Source: a virus (taxonomy: Duplodnaviria > Caudoviricetes). From it: 64,000 nucleotides of DNA. The stretch spans positions 1-64,000 of the IMG/VR virus record IMGVR_UViG_3300035227_000232; one strand, given 5' to 3'. Made by a program: the position numbers and the translations under genes. Positions 46,509 through 60,700 of this stretch are shown one piece after another (the stretch's first letter is position 1; each line of letters starts with the position of its first letter). The notes under the pieces are model-generated. The model worked only from the letters and a program-made list of their open reading frames with translations. It had not been told where the DNA came from and did not search any database.

Positions 46509-48718
46509 TAAGCGTACCACATGCCTTCATCTGATCCGTGTGGTTGGGTCCACCAAAAGCCATCTCCATCACTAACAAGGGTTAAGGGTTGGTAGGCGTA
46601 CATGGTACTCATGCCATTACCGTTCGAAAGACCCCCGCTCATACTATTGTACTCGTTGTAAGCGTCATAGATAACATCACTTCCAGAAGCAGAGGCGGTG
46701 ACCTTCACGCTATTCATGCCAATGTCAAAGATAATACAAGTTATCTTCGTCCCCGCTCCTGCGCTGGATGCAGTCGGGAGAGTTAATACAAAATCCTGAC
46801 TAGACCCGTTGTTGTCTATTATGTACAGGGTATCGCCTGTTACACTGGACGTAATATCACCATCTGAAGTAACTACTACCCTAGTTAAACCTCCGCCAGC
46901 ACCAGTAGGGCCTGTGGGTCCAGCAGCACCACCGGAACCTGTAGGACCAGCGGGCCCAGCACCTCCAGCACTTCCAGTAGGCCCAGCGGGTCCAGCACCT
47001 CCAGCAGGGCCTGTCGGTCCAGCAGGACCACCAGCGGGACCAGCGGGACCTGTGGGTCCAGCAGGACCACCAGCGGGACCCGTAGGGCCAGCAGGACCAG
47101 CGGGGCCAGCACCTCCAGCACCACCAGCGGGGCCAGTAGGCCCAGCGGGACCAGCACCTCCAGCACCACCAGCGGGACCTGTAGGTCCAGCAGCACCAGC
47201 AGCACCAGCAGGGCCTGTCGGACCCTGATCACCACCACCCGGACCCGGATCACCTTGAGGACCAGCGGGGCCTGTCGGTCCAGCAGGACCACCAGAGGGA
47301 CCAGCAGGACCAGCAGAACCAGCAGGACCTGTAGGTCCAGCAGGGCCAGCAGGGCCACCAGCGGGACCAGTAGGACCAGCAGGACCAGCAGGACCAGCAC
47401 TACCTGTTGGACCAGCAGGACCACCAGAGGGACCCGTGGGGCCAGCAGGGCCAGCAGAACCACCAGAACCAGTAGGACCAGCAGGGCCAGCAGCACCTCC
47501 AGAACCAGCAGGACCTGTCGGTCCAGCAGGACCACCAGAAGGGCCAACAGGGCCAGTAGGACCGAGAGGACCAGCGGGACCAGCAGGACCTGTAGGACCC
47601 CCAGCGGGCCCAGCAAGACCTTGAGGACCAGTAGGCCCACTAGAACCCACAGCACCTGTCGGACCTTGCGCTGCGGGAGAAAAAGACATCACTAAGATAT
47701 CCGAATTGGAAAAGCTTCCTAACGAATCATTACTAGATACGTTCAGTTTCTTGTAATAACCACCGCCTTCTTCACTCGCTGAAGTGATGGTAAGACTCAC
47801 CCATTTTGTAATAGGGGAATCTTGTTTAAAAATCTTTATCCTTGATCCGAGAACATCATCTAAGGACGCCAACCAAGTAGCTATGTTCCCCCCAGCATCG
47901 AAATAATTAACATAGACTTTAGTGACTGCCATAAGATCAGAATCATTTAATCTTAATTCCCCTGTTCCGGGGTCAGCATCAGTAGTAGAACTGTCGAAAG
48001 TAAATTGATACGAGTCTCCGCCAAACCCTCCAATAGGGCCAGTAGCACCCGTGGAACCCGCAGAACCTGTAGGCCCAGCAGGACCAGCAGAACCAGTGCT
48101 GCCATCGTCGCCATCAGGGCCAGCGTCTCCTTTTTCACCCGTAACAGAAAATGCAACGACTAGTTCATTGTCGTTTCCGAACACAGCAGTAATAGTATTA
48201 CTACTATAAGTAATTGCAGATACGCTTATTTTTCGGTACTGACTCCCCGATACATTCGCTGCATTAATCTTAAATGTTACGAAATTCTCAGGCGCAGACT
48301 TCTTAAAAATCTTGATTCTCCCTCTGTTGGTAGAGTTACTAGAGTTATCGTCGAAGGAATCCAACCAAGTAGTAATATTATTTTCTCCTTGGTCGTAAAT
48401 GCTAATATACGCAGTATCAACTGATGAAAAGTAGCCGGAATGATTAAGTCTCAGATATCCTATTCCGGGGTATGAATCAGTTGTAGAAGTGGAAAATTTA
48501 TATGGTTGCGCGTCTCCTGCAAAACCGCCTTGAGGACCAGTAGACCCCTGAGGGCCAGCAGCACCAGCACTTCCTGTATCCCCAGTTGACCCAGCGGGCC
48601 CGATAGGACCAATAGGCCCAGTGGGTCCAGTAGCTAGTGGTCCGGTCGGCCCGATAAAAGTACTACCTTCTTCAGTCGTAACTGCGTCTTTGTCTAAAAT
48701 TGTTTTTCTTCTAGCCAT
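46505..48718 (-). CDS. Collagen-like fibre protein
   Basis: Three G-P-X blocks separating two ~120-aa homologous domains and a C-terminal domain. Confidence 0.85.
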   Translation of the reverse strand: MARRKTILDKDAVTTEEGSTFIGPTGPLATGPTGPIGPIGPAGSTGDTGSAGAAGPQGSTGPQGGFAGDAQPYKFSTSTTDSYPGIGYLRLNHSGYFSSVDTAYISIYDQGENNITTWLDSFDDNSSNSTNRGRIKIFKKSAPENFVTFKINAANVSGSQYRKISVSAITYSSNTITAVFGNDNELVVAFSVTGEKGDAGPDGDDGSTGSAGPAGPTGSAGSTGATGPIGGFGGDSYQFTFDSSTTDADPGTGELRLNDSDLMAVTKVYVNYFDAGGNIATWLASLDDVLGSRIKIFKQDSPITKWVSLTITSASEEGGGYYKKLNVSSNDSLGSFSNSDILVMSFSPAAQGPTGAVGSSGPTGPQGLAGPAGGPTGPAGPAGPLGPTGPVGPSGGPAGPTGPAGSGGAAGPAGPTGSGGSAGPAGPTGPSGGPAGPTGSAGPAGPAGPTGPAGGPAGPAGPTGPAGSAGPAGPSGGPAGPTGPAGPQGDPGPGGGDQGPTGPAGAAGAAGPTGPAGGAGGAGPAGPTGPAGGAGGAGPAGPAGPTGPAGGPAGPTGPAGPAGGPAGPTGPAGGAGPAGPTGSAGGAGPAGPTGSGGAAGPTGPTGAGGGLTRVVVTSDGDITSSVTGDTLYIIDNNGSSQDFVLTLPTASSAGAGTKITCIIFDIGMNSVKVTASASGSDVIYDAYNEYNSMSGGLSNGNGMSTMYAYQPLTLVSDGDGFWWTQPHGSDEGMWYAY
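46885..47660 (-). repeat. GC-rich collagen-coding repeat array (GPT/GPA/GGA triplets)
   Basis: Recurring ggaccagc/gggcc units seen directly. Confidence 0.9.
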
Positions 48719-48723
48719 TGGTC

Positions 48724-51700
48724 TTAACTATCCTGTGTTAAAAAACCTTTAAAATAAAACTTACCTTCTAACGCTCCCGCCGTTGCGCCACTGCTTATAG
48801 TCACTATCATATGATCGGTTGCCTTCGTATCATTCAACGCCAGATACCTTTCTCTTTGACCCTCTGTGATTGCATCAATAGCATTCTTATCCGTATACCC
48901 CTCTAAGTCACCACTATAACCCATCATGAACTCGGGGCCAGTTAGAACTGGGTTAGTTGATTCGGTAATTAACAATCCCGCCTCATCCGCATAAAAATAA
49001 CCTTCTGGGCTCATATGAATAACATGTTTTCCGGTCTGAGTAAGGTCTATCTTCTTGGTCATCATGACCGTCTCGGCCATCAGGTGGTCTCTATAGAATG
49101 TGTCAGAGTTTCCGAATGCGGTAGAACCCACATATTTCGTGGGATATATATTCGCCCCCGTATTTTGCGGAAAGATATGAGTACCAGAGAAATGGGGACT
49201 AACGATAAGGTGACCGCCGTTTACTACTTGAGCAACTTCTACGACAGAGGAACCAAAGCTAGATGGGGCCACCTCAGTTAATTGGCCAGAGGTCACGTCA
49301 CTCAAGTAGAGGGGTTGTCCTGCTGTATAACCAGTTATGTAAGGAATCTGACCGTGGGAAACATATTCAAAACTCGATCCTAAAACCGATTTAACCACGC
49401 CTAAGGGAGTCGAAGTGCTAATGTTGTTGGCGCAAGCCTTAACATATCCTGAAATAGCGGGGACGCCGGGAGATACTACAGGTTGTTGTTCGTATCTGAT
49501 TACATCTCCAATCGCAAACCCATGACTCAATTGCCCATGATGAATTATAGTATTAGCTGCTAAATCACCAGTGGTAAGATTAAAAGTGACTGGATTCGTT
49601 CCCAAAACCTGAGTTAGACCGCCGTAAACATTTACTGATCCACCAATATTGGAGTCGATTACAGAGACGTTACTATCAACGTTCTGAGCGTCATTGAAAT
49701 TTTGAAGAACGATTTCGTGTGCATCGATTATCTGCACCGACCCAGAAACATTTAACTGTTTGTTTATCCCTGTGAACGTCATACTGCTGACGTTGCCGAT
49801 TATGTTTCCTGTCGGCTGTTCCAGATGCACAGCCCCGTCGATATAGATATTGACTGTATTTCCTGAATCAAAATTGGTCTGACCGATATTATCGTAAGTC
49901 CCCGTTATCGTAACCGTGGAGTTATGTATCGTGTTAGTGTTTGTAAACTCATTATCCGAAATTGTGCTACTGAAAGTAGGAGAGAAGTTGCTCTGAGAAT
50001 AGTAGCCAACAGCAGAGAATGTGTTATCCCTGTAATCAGCATGTACTCTTGGGGCATTGTATATGTTAACAACCCCACCTGAAATATTTGTAGTATTGCT
50101 TACCCCCGTAACATTATGAACTGATCCTGTTATGGAAGGATTATTGTACTGGTATGATGTAGCCGAGCCAGCATACCCGTAATTGGCGGAGTTCGAGGTG
50201 TGCGTATTGTACTGATAATGCAGGGCCTCTGGGCCAATATGATTTATATCTGTAAACGCACCGCTGTGTTTTTCTATATTCCTGAACTGGTAAACATTTG
50301 TTAGGCCACCGGATATTATAACCCTAGCATCATTAGAGGTTCCATCTGTTTGAGTATACCAAACATTAATTTCGTTCGGATGATCTGTGATGTTGGTAGT
50401 TCCGTGGTAAATATCTATATCGTGACCAGAAACATAGGAGATCGAACCTCCTGTCACTACCATAGTACTATTATACAGCAAGACATCCTCACCAGAAAGG
50501 GTGACGTAATTAATTCCTCCTGAAATATCGATGTTGCGACCAGTGAATGTATTTATGCCACCAGTAATATAAATGTTGCTGCTGTCGCCTTGGAGGATAA
50601 CATCAGAATCGTGAATATTATTGCTGCCCTGATAGATATTTACCCCAGTAGCATAATCGAGATTCGTTAAACCGGAATTTATGGTTATTGATCCAATACC
50701 ATCAGAGGCATACACCGGAATATTCGTCGTCCCAGTATAGATATTAGCGGTCTCTATCAGCTTCCCTGTTACATTTCCAGTTATGTACGTAGTCCCTCCA
50801 GTGATAGTCGTAACTTGAGTCAGATAATTCTTTATTACCGATGAGGAGGAAGCATCAACCGTTTGGAGCAATGAATTGTCTATGTTCGCTACGCCCGAAC
50901 GATTGTCTATGTAGTTGGTGTTTAAGCCACCTGTAATATTCAAGTTAGAGAAGTCGTTGGCTGTAACCGTGCTTTCATACACGAAGATATCACCATCTGT
51001 CTGAGTGGCATTAAGAACGCTGGTAGTGAGGTTTATTGCATTGTTCTGACCAGTGATAGAAGTCGTACCATCTGTAATATTAACCGTGAAGTCCGTGCCA
51101 GTTACCGTTACTCCCGTATTGTATTGGAGATGGAAGGTTCCGCCATAAGCATCAATATTATCAATATCTTGGTTATGGTTGATGTAGTTCGTGCCACCCG
51201 TGATTCCTACATAGTGGCCTGTTATATCATTTATTCCTCCGTCAACCTGTATAGTTCCGCCCGTTACAGTATTAACGCTATCTTTGAGGGTAAGGTTCGC
51301 GATATCTCCGATGATTGTTGCAGTACCACCATCGATGGTATTATCTCCACCGCTAATATTTACGATCTGATCGTCTCCTCCAGATATGGCATTAACACCG
51401 CCCGTAATCCTTAAGCTAGTTATCGCATCAGAATTAACATTAACAGTACCGCTAATTACCGTATTTACATGAGAATGATCACCCGTAAGATTTACCGTGT
51501 TGTTGGTACTCTTGTTGAGGGTGTTATATACATTTAAGACACCTGACCCTGTGACAGTGTTTCCTGTAGTTACGAATGATCCGGTCGTTACCGAATTATC
51601 CGTGTTGCGTAGCGTCCCGATGTAAGCTGCGTAAAGTGTTAGATTATCACCTTCAAGGTCGTTAATGCCTCCAGTAATAATAACATTCTCAATGATTCCA

Positions 51701-54700
51701 GTAGCATATTGAGTACCACTAAATATTTGATTGATGGTGACGCCAGAATAAAGGTTTTCGACATTTCCAGTGATGTTAATGAAGCCACCTTCTTCAATGT
51801 AATGTCCAGAAACGGTAGTCGCTCCTGTAAAGATGTTTTGTGCTCTCGTATATATTTCGTTATGACCGCCTGTCACGAATATGGCATTCGTGGTTTTGGC
51901 CAAATCGAGATTGGAGTCGTATGCGTATACGGTCGATCCAGAGATGATTGGATTCGACCCTGTTATGTTCGCTGTTCCAGTAATGCTAATTGTGTCAGCA
52001 TCGTAGATATGAATCCCATCAGACCCAGTGATATGAACAATTCCATCACCAGTTATTGAAACCTGATAAACGTTTCCAGTGTTAGTGAAAGTGTTTGTAC
52101 TGCCATAATAGGAACTGGTACTTTGAGAAATGCTATTTGTGAAATTCGCATTCAGGAACAAATCTGATCCAGACTCAAGGACGATATCCACGGTTACTGG
52201 TGAATTGTCCTTGGTAAAGACTTGGCTACTAGAATTGTTTGATGCATACCCCCCAGCGGGAGATGCCGTCGATGAGTAATATGTCGATAAATCTATAGTC
52301 GAATCTCCTACGTGACTTCCAATATCCAGCCTAATAGCACCAACTTCTTGATCGGCACTTGCCGAAGTAGTGGCCACCGCGCCACCGCCATAGTAACTCG
52401 AAGTAGCATAACTCGATTGAGTATTCTCGTAGTTCTGGAAAGCGTTTACTGTTAGATCACCCGATTGATAGTCGATATCAAAATCACCAGTGCTCGTTCC
52501 GGTTAGGTAAACATTTCCAATAATTCCGGTGTCGATATCCAGAATCCCCGATCCAAGGAAGATATTAGTTATCTCGCTGTTGTTTACATAGAAGTTATCT
52601 ATGTTCGACTCAGAATAAATATTATTACCACTTCCAGTAATGATTGTGTCCGTCAAATCGAGATAAGAAGAAAGCTGGATAGTCCCGATAGTCCCGCTAA
52701 TCAAATCGATATCGAAATCACCTATATTTCCTGTGTGATTTAGCGTTCCTATCGAATGATCAGTGCCCGCTTGACTTATACTTTCGATAGTTCCTGTGGA
52801 CTGCCAATTGGTAATGTCTCCGTACACATATGTGCCAGTTGGCATATACAGGTAATTGTCCCCTCCGTGAATATCTATCTGCGAATTAGTACCCGTAATC
52901 GTAACTTCGCCCGAGTTGATGGTTAAATTATGTCCATCGCCCGAATGATAAATAAATATATCCCCTTCCTCTACGGATATGGAACCTGATCCAGTGACAG
53001 TGTTCCCTGTAATCGTGGGCTTATTATTTATCGTTATGTCCCCACCGTAGCTATGAATAGTATTATTTAAACCGCTACTCAGGGTTGCTACGAATCCAGC
53101 ACCACCAGAAATGTAATTAATTCCTCCTGTTATATAAGCCGAACCGGAGATGTGACTTACTCCACCGCTTATGTAGTTGGTGCTATTGGTAAGCGTCAAT
53201 GATGCATCAGAGCCAGAAGCAATATTTACCTCTATGTCGTTTATACTTTCTTGGACTGTGATTTCACCACCTGTGATATTAGTGTGGCCGGAGATTATTG
53301 TTACCGTGCTCGTGTTTATGTAGTTTGTATTTCCGCCTGTGTAGTGGTTTATCTCCACTGAACTTTCATCTACATCAACGTTACTAGTAAGAGTGTTGCT
53401 GTTTAATGTTACGTGACCGCCTGTTACGCTAAGGTTATTTACGGTTCCCGTTATCCCCACCGAGCCTGATGCATATGGTCCCGTGAAATATCCGGTCCCC
53501 GAACCTGTAATAGTAACATTAAGAGGACCATTGGTAATCCCTATGACCAGATTTCTAACCGTGTTTAACTCTACGTCTCCAGTAACTAAACCGCTTTCGT
53601 GGACCGATGGACCATATGCAGTTAAACTCGAAAACGCATTAGTACCCCCCAGACTCACGGTGTTGAACGTATTATGAGCCTGTGAAATTGTGCCAGCATT
53701 TATATTCTGAGAACCCGTTAAATAAACGTTAGAATAATTGGCGTTGAAAGTATCTATAAGGTGATGGTGGGTGGCTGCATTATCATGCGACGCCAAATCA
53801 ACATCGATGTTGGTTGTTCCACCAGCTTGAGAGGTAGCGGTGATGTTGTTCGTCCCTGCGTTGCTTGATCCAGCCTCAAACGTATTCCCTGTGATGTATA
53901 ACTTAATATCCGTTAGCTCATTTCCTGTGGCGTAGATATTTGTGTCTTGTCCAGACATCAAATTCACATAACCGGAATGAAGAATATTGAACGTGTTCAC
54001 GCCTCCGGTGACGGAATTCACGTTGTCGGTAGTGATCGTATTAACGCCACCCGTTATGGCCCTAACATCCCCACTGACGACCATAGTATTAACACCGCCG
54101 TCTAAACCGACGGTCTGGGAAAACACATTGTTAACGCCACCGGAAAGGGTGGCTGTGTTGGTGAATATGTTAGCTACTGAATCATAGATACTATTTTCAC
54201 ACCCTGAATTAATGGCGACGGTCGATCCAGTTATGCCGATGGTGAAAGTCGGACTTGCTCCAGATGCTATGCCACTTCCTATATGTACTAAGCCACCAGA
54301 AATGTGCGCTATTCCAGTATCGACATTAACTACGCTCCCATCTTGTGGGAAGAAGTAGTTATCATTTCCATATATCCCAAGCTCTCCGTACAGGTCTGCC
54401 GTTCCCGTAAGGTAAATGCTTTCATTACCTGAGAGAGAATTAGTACCTTCATAAATGTTGACTTCACTATCTGAAATAGAATTTTTGCCACCAGAGACAG
54501 TAACTTCTCCAGTTATATTTACTATTGATGTCGTCCCAGAAACATTAATAAGAGTATTGCCAGCACCAGTAATGAAATAACCCGTATAGATATACTCTCC
54601 GGGATTAGTATACGGACCATTAAAGACGGTTACGTCACTACCAGTAACGTCTACGATACCGCTATTAAGAATCTGAACATCACTATCTTCTACATTTACT

Positions 54701-57700
54701 ATGCCACCTGATAGATTCGTGAAGTAAGCATTTCCGTCATAAATGTTCACGTTCTCTCCAGTGAAGTACTGGTTACCTCCGGTAATGGAAATATCATTTA
54801 GAGCGTTATAAATATGAACGTCACTATCGTAAATTATGTTAGTCGATAAATTTCTGGCCCCAGTAACGTATACGTCATCAGCACCAGAGAAAGTGTTATA
54901 GCCACCACTTATTCTTACGTCGAATATGTTTGTGGCGGTGACGTAGTTGATCTCTTGGCTATAATCGTTTACCGTGATTCCCGAGCCCGTGAAATGGAAT
55001 GTATTCCCAGAGCCAGTGATGCTGTAGTACGAGAAGTCACCAGTCTTATCTATCTTTAATACGTTATTGTAAGTATTAGTTTGTGTTATCTCAGTTATCG
55101 TCTGATCAAAATACGGATGATAACTATAGTCGTTTAAGGTAATTCCTGTTCCAGTGACGCTTACTGAATGGCCACTCCCCGTAACAGTCATGAACGTTCC
55201 AGATTTTTCTATCTGGTAAACGTTTGTGATTTGCTGTCTGTTGTCCTCAACAGTTATTCCAGTACTTCCGGTTATTGTGAAGGTCTGGTTAGTGCCAGTG
55301 ATGGTTACGAACGATCCCGATCTATCTATCTGGTAAACGTTTGTGGTATTTCTTGTATAATCATTTACGGTAATCCCGCTCCCAGTGATCGTTATTGAAT
55401 TTCCGTCTCCCGTGATGCTGTAGAACTCTCCAGTTTTATCTACCTCATAAACATTTGTGGTCTTGCTCGAGTAGTCATTTACAGTAATCCCACTACCAGT
55501 AAACGTCAGGACATTCGAATCTCCCGTGATGCTGTAGAACTCTCCTGATTTTTCTATCTCGTATACATCTGTATATGAATAAGAGGAGGAGTAATCATTG
55601 ATAGTCGTTTGCCCTGAGCCAGTGACAGTAACGTTATCCCCAGTAACCGTTATGAATATTCCTGTTTTATCTACATCGTAAGTAACATTTGAGGAATAAT
55701 CATATATGGTCGTCTGCCCAGAGCCAGTTATTGTATTGTTGTCTCCTGATACCGTAATAAATACGCCAGATTTTTCTACGAACCCACCATTATAAACATA
55801 CGCATCCCCATCAAGGACTCTTATCGTCGCATTGTTATCACCCGAGATTGTTATATACGTTCCAGTGTTATCGAAGAACGTGTTGTAATTCTCGGTAGTC
55901 GAATAATCGAATGTCCCAGATTTTTCTACAACAGTAGTCGTTGTAGTTTTTGTGGAATAATCTTTTATGGTCGTCTGCCCAGAGCCAGTGATAATGTTGT
56001 TGTCACCGCTGACGGTGATGTAGACTCCTGTCTCGTCGATTAGGTTAACCGTCGTATATCTGTTGGAGTAGTCTTTTATGGTCGTCTGCCCAGAACCAGT
56101 GACGATATTCTCATTTCCATTTACGGTAATATAAGTTCCAGTTTCCTCAATTAGGTTAACCGTCGTATATCTGTTCGAATAATCGTTTATTGTCGTTTGG
56201 CCAGAGCCAGTGACGATGTTCTCGTTTCCGTTTACGTCTATGAAAATTCCACTCTTATCTATCGAACTCCGTGTTACGTATCTATTGGAATAATCATTTA
56301 TGGTCGTTTGTCCCGATCCTGTGACGATGTTATCATTCCCGCTAACATCTATGAACGTCCCGCTTTTACCGACGGTGGTGAACGTTCTGTTCGTGACGGT
56401 AAAATTCCTAACCTCTACGTCACCAGCACCAGTAATATTATTAGTAGTGTTATTCCCTGTTATGGTAACGAATGTTCCGCTCCTTGCGATTGCAAAAATA
56501 TCGTTCCGGTTGATGTACTGGCTATAGTCATTTATCTCCGCAAGCTCATTCCCCGTAACATTAATAGTATTTCCGCTCCCGGTTATACTTACGTAATGGA
56601 AGTCCCCGCTCTTATCTACGAAAGCGGTAATATGATTCGTGGTATTGAAAGTATCTCTATCATCGAGGATGATATGATTGTTCCCGTTAAAGAAACGATT
56701 CAAATACCCACTAATATAAGAACACTCACTATCGTAAAAGAAATTATAAAGGCCACTTATCTCTGCATTTCCTGTGAAATTATAGAAGTAGTTAAAGCCT
56801 TGTAAGATATCACAATCATCAGTGGTGATTTCGTTATGGCCCGCTTGAGTCGTTACTCCCGTGGAATAAACGTAATTTACTCCCAGCTTAATTTCGACAG
56901 GACCACTGTATATATCATTTATACATCCAGAGATGTTAATCGTCGTGTCATCATAAGCGTTGATGAATGCGCCTGAGCCAGTGTGGTGCAGATTCACAGT
57001 AGATGTGTTATAAGAAACGACATCAACTGTTTGGCCTGTCTCTATGTAAATATGCCCAATCGAGTTATTAAGCTGAGCGGTTAAATTAGTGTCTACCCCT
57101 GTGAAAAAGGCAGTACCGCTATATACGCTAGCTGAATATACGTTATCAGCGACGAAGCTGGAATCATACGCGGTGATAGTAGAATTCCTATCTATGTCTA
57201 TCTGAGTACCGCTATAGATAGGAACAATTCCGTGATAAATACTTGGGTAGTCCCCGACGTTTACCTGACCGGAATAGTTTAGGATAGTATTATTGGTCGC
57301 AGTTACATCTACTCCCATCCCCGACACGAAAGTCATGGTGACATTTTCGCCGTTTACAATCCCCGAAACTGTTCCTGTAAAATTAGTAGTACCATTAGTT
57401 ATCGTGGCCATCTCAACATCAGTCATGTTGACTGTAGAACCACTTATGATTGGGCTTTCTACGCCTAGAAAAATAAAGTCATCTCCAGAAAGATTTACGA
57501 AGTTAAGACCTCCTGTAATGTAAGGACTACTCGGCGTATTTACTACCGTGTGCCCGCCTGACAAACCAACGATACTAATATTTACACCTGTAACACTATT
57601 GACAATGCCCGTGATGGTTACTAGATCATTATCATAAACTAGAATATCTCCGGTGCTAAGCCCAGAGATGTACACATTATGTGCATTTGTAACTGTTATG

Positions 57701-60700
57701 TTTCCTGACGCTACGAGATTTGCGCTCGCGCCGGAATTAAAGAAAATATCATCTCCTGTTATAAGATTTTCACCGCCGTGGATGAAAACCGTACTCCCCG
57801 AAATCCTGTTATCGCCAGAGCCATAAATTGATACATTCCCGCCTATGACATCAAGGTTTCCGCCGTCATGAGTTATGGTCGCTGTTCCTTCTCCCGAAAG
57901 ATTTATAAGTCCTACATCTCCTTCTATAGTGTTGTTTCCATAATAGATCGTTCCCGTAGGAAGAGTATTAAACCCTCCGTATACTACGTTACTGGAAGGA
58001 GAATTTATTATCGGGTTTGAAGGATTATTTAAAGTGGTCGTTCCTTGATTTACCGTTACATCAGTTGCAGACCCTATGGTGGTCGTGCCACCTGAAATTG
58101 CGAATCCCCCTGTTCCTATATCTACAGTAGAATCAAAGAAGTACGATGTGTCGCTCGTGACATTAACAGTGCTTGATCCAGTATAGCCACTGAACGATAT
58201 GTTCGGAGCCATGCCAGTAACGTTAGCTTCTGTCGCTCCATAGACATATGTATTAGCGTTTCCTCCGCTCTCTGGATTTTGGTTTATCGTGACAGTAGAT
58301 AAACCTGTAACAAAATTCGTTCCATGATTTATTGTTAATTCACCAGAAAGATCGACAAGATTAAGACCACCGCTTATTGTAATCTCTCCACTAAAATCAT
58401 TTTGCAGAACATTAGTGCCCCCACTAATTATGACAAGATTTCCGGTTACATTAGTTAGTCCCCCCGCTATGATAGCCTGACCGAAACCAGTTACTAAAGC
58501 TGTGCCATTAGAATTCGTGTTATCTACGGTAACAATTGAACCATCACTAAATTGTAAGATGTGCGGAACATTGCCAGAGGCGTTAGAGTTATAAACGGAA
58601 ACATAATTCCCATCTCCAGAAAGAGTGATCAATTCGCTACCCGAAATATAGTTATTCGTTGTAGCTCCTGATACACCAAAGATATTTACTAAATTGCCGG
58701 AACCAGTATTAGAAAAATTTGAAAAGTCTAGCCAGTTATTTCCGTGATAAATATCTACGACATTGCCAGTGATAAGATTTTGTTGGGTGTAAACTACGAA
58801 CCCACTTGAAGGATGCGAGAAATCTCCTCTGACTACATAGATTCCAGTATTATCCGTCGGCGTAAAGTGTAGGCTCTGATACGCAATACCGATAGACGGA
58901 TCATACATATTAACGCTTGCGCCAGACCCTTCGAACGTAGTGATATCGCTATTCGTAATATTTACGATTCCACCGAACACATTTTCCGCTGATGTATTGG
59001 CATAGAAGTTAACGACTCCAGAGTTATGGACTTGCGTGTCAACACCGCTAGTTATATTAAGTTCCCCTTGAATTGGGTTTGTTATGTCCACCGTTCCTGT
59101 GTAGACATTCATCGCCCCGTATACGGACGGAGAATTGACTCCATTAAAGATATCTAAATAATCAGTGGTAATCGTATTTACGCTATCATAGATATAATTT
59201 CTACTACCCGAGAGAGAGACGACGCTGTCGTTGATGGCCGTGTTTAAAACCCTCGAAAAATTTCCGTATGCACCGATAGTAACACCACTACTGTTCTGAA
59301 TAGTTTGATTCCCACTCGTTATATTTATGTTCTCTGAACCAGTGATAGTTATTGTGTTTACTTGCTCATTTATGTCTATCCCCGTGGAACTATGGATATG
59401 GATAATGTCGCCCGTGACATGAGCCAAAGAAGGGTTATTAACAGTTAGATTAACCTCATAAGCATCTCTAGCATCGACGTAAGAAATCCCTCCTGTAGCA
59501 TTTAACTCAAGATCGTATTCAGTACTGATAGTGTTGGTCGAATCATAAGCGTAGACAACAGAAGCATCGCTAATCGATACATTTTGATCAGCACCATTAA
59601 TATATGCAGTATTAAGCTCGTTAATGTAAGAGTTCGATAGCGTCAGATTAATCGTTTGATCCCCGGTTATGTACGTGGAATAAGTTCCATAACCATTCTC
59701 ATCACCAATGTTTAAAGTCGTGCATTCCGACCCGCTATTGAAAGTTACTATTCCCGTATGAGAAGTAATGTTTGCCGTACTTAGGACTGCGTCGCCTTGA
59801 AAAATTGCATAAGGATGAATGTCGATATTCGCCGTGGTCGGGTTCATCGTCCCCATGAAAATACCGCTGCCTGTGATATAGGCAGTCATAGTACCATTCG
59901 ATGTGATGGTATTGTCTCCGTACCAGACGTTGATATCTGACTTACCCAAATAACTGTCATCGACAGTCATTGTATTAACGCCACCCGTTACTATTAGATA
60001 TCCCCCGGTCTTTGCATGTAGGGCATTAACGCCTCCCGTAATATTGATTGGCACAGAGGAGCCGGAAGCGTTGTTCAGTACATTAATATTAGTAGTTAAG
60101 AGATCGCGGTTTACAAACTGTACACCAGAATAAATTGTGATGTAATTCTCCTGATATCCGTAGTTCCCATTAGAGAATGATGGGGAATAATGTCCGCCCT
60201 CCTCGATATTGTTTTCTATAGTAGTATAAACTGGTGCTGGTTCATCGCCGGATACGTAATCCGTTATAAGGATGCTAGAGTGTGTGACATCAAGGGTTCC
60301 CGTTCCAAAAGAAACGATAAAAGAAGAGTCGCTACCGGAAACACTGACTACTGAATCTGATATAACAGCATTACTTTGCTCTATATAAACTGGGTCTACA
60401 GTATTAACATGCGTAGTACCACTCCATATGCTAAACGCAGCACCCGTGGCGTTTATGTTGCCTCCTGTTATATAATTGCTGCCTCCTGAGATATGCACGA
60501 GCCCAGAATTCGCGATAGTCTGTTGTCCTCCGATGACCTGAAAAACTCCAGCTTCGTCTAAATCAATAGTGTTGATACCACCAGAAATATTTATATTACC
60601 AGTTATATTACCGGAGACATTTAGGATACCGCCATAATTTGAAATATAGTTATCGCCACTAATGTCTACACTTCCGCCAGAATTCCAGATGTTTAAAACC

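Noticed and set aside
46589-47695. Several long alternative-frame ORFs over the collagen region
   Set aside because: Stop-free shadows of GC-rich Gly-Pro-X repeats.
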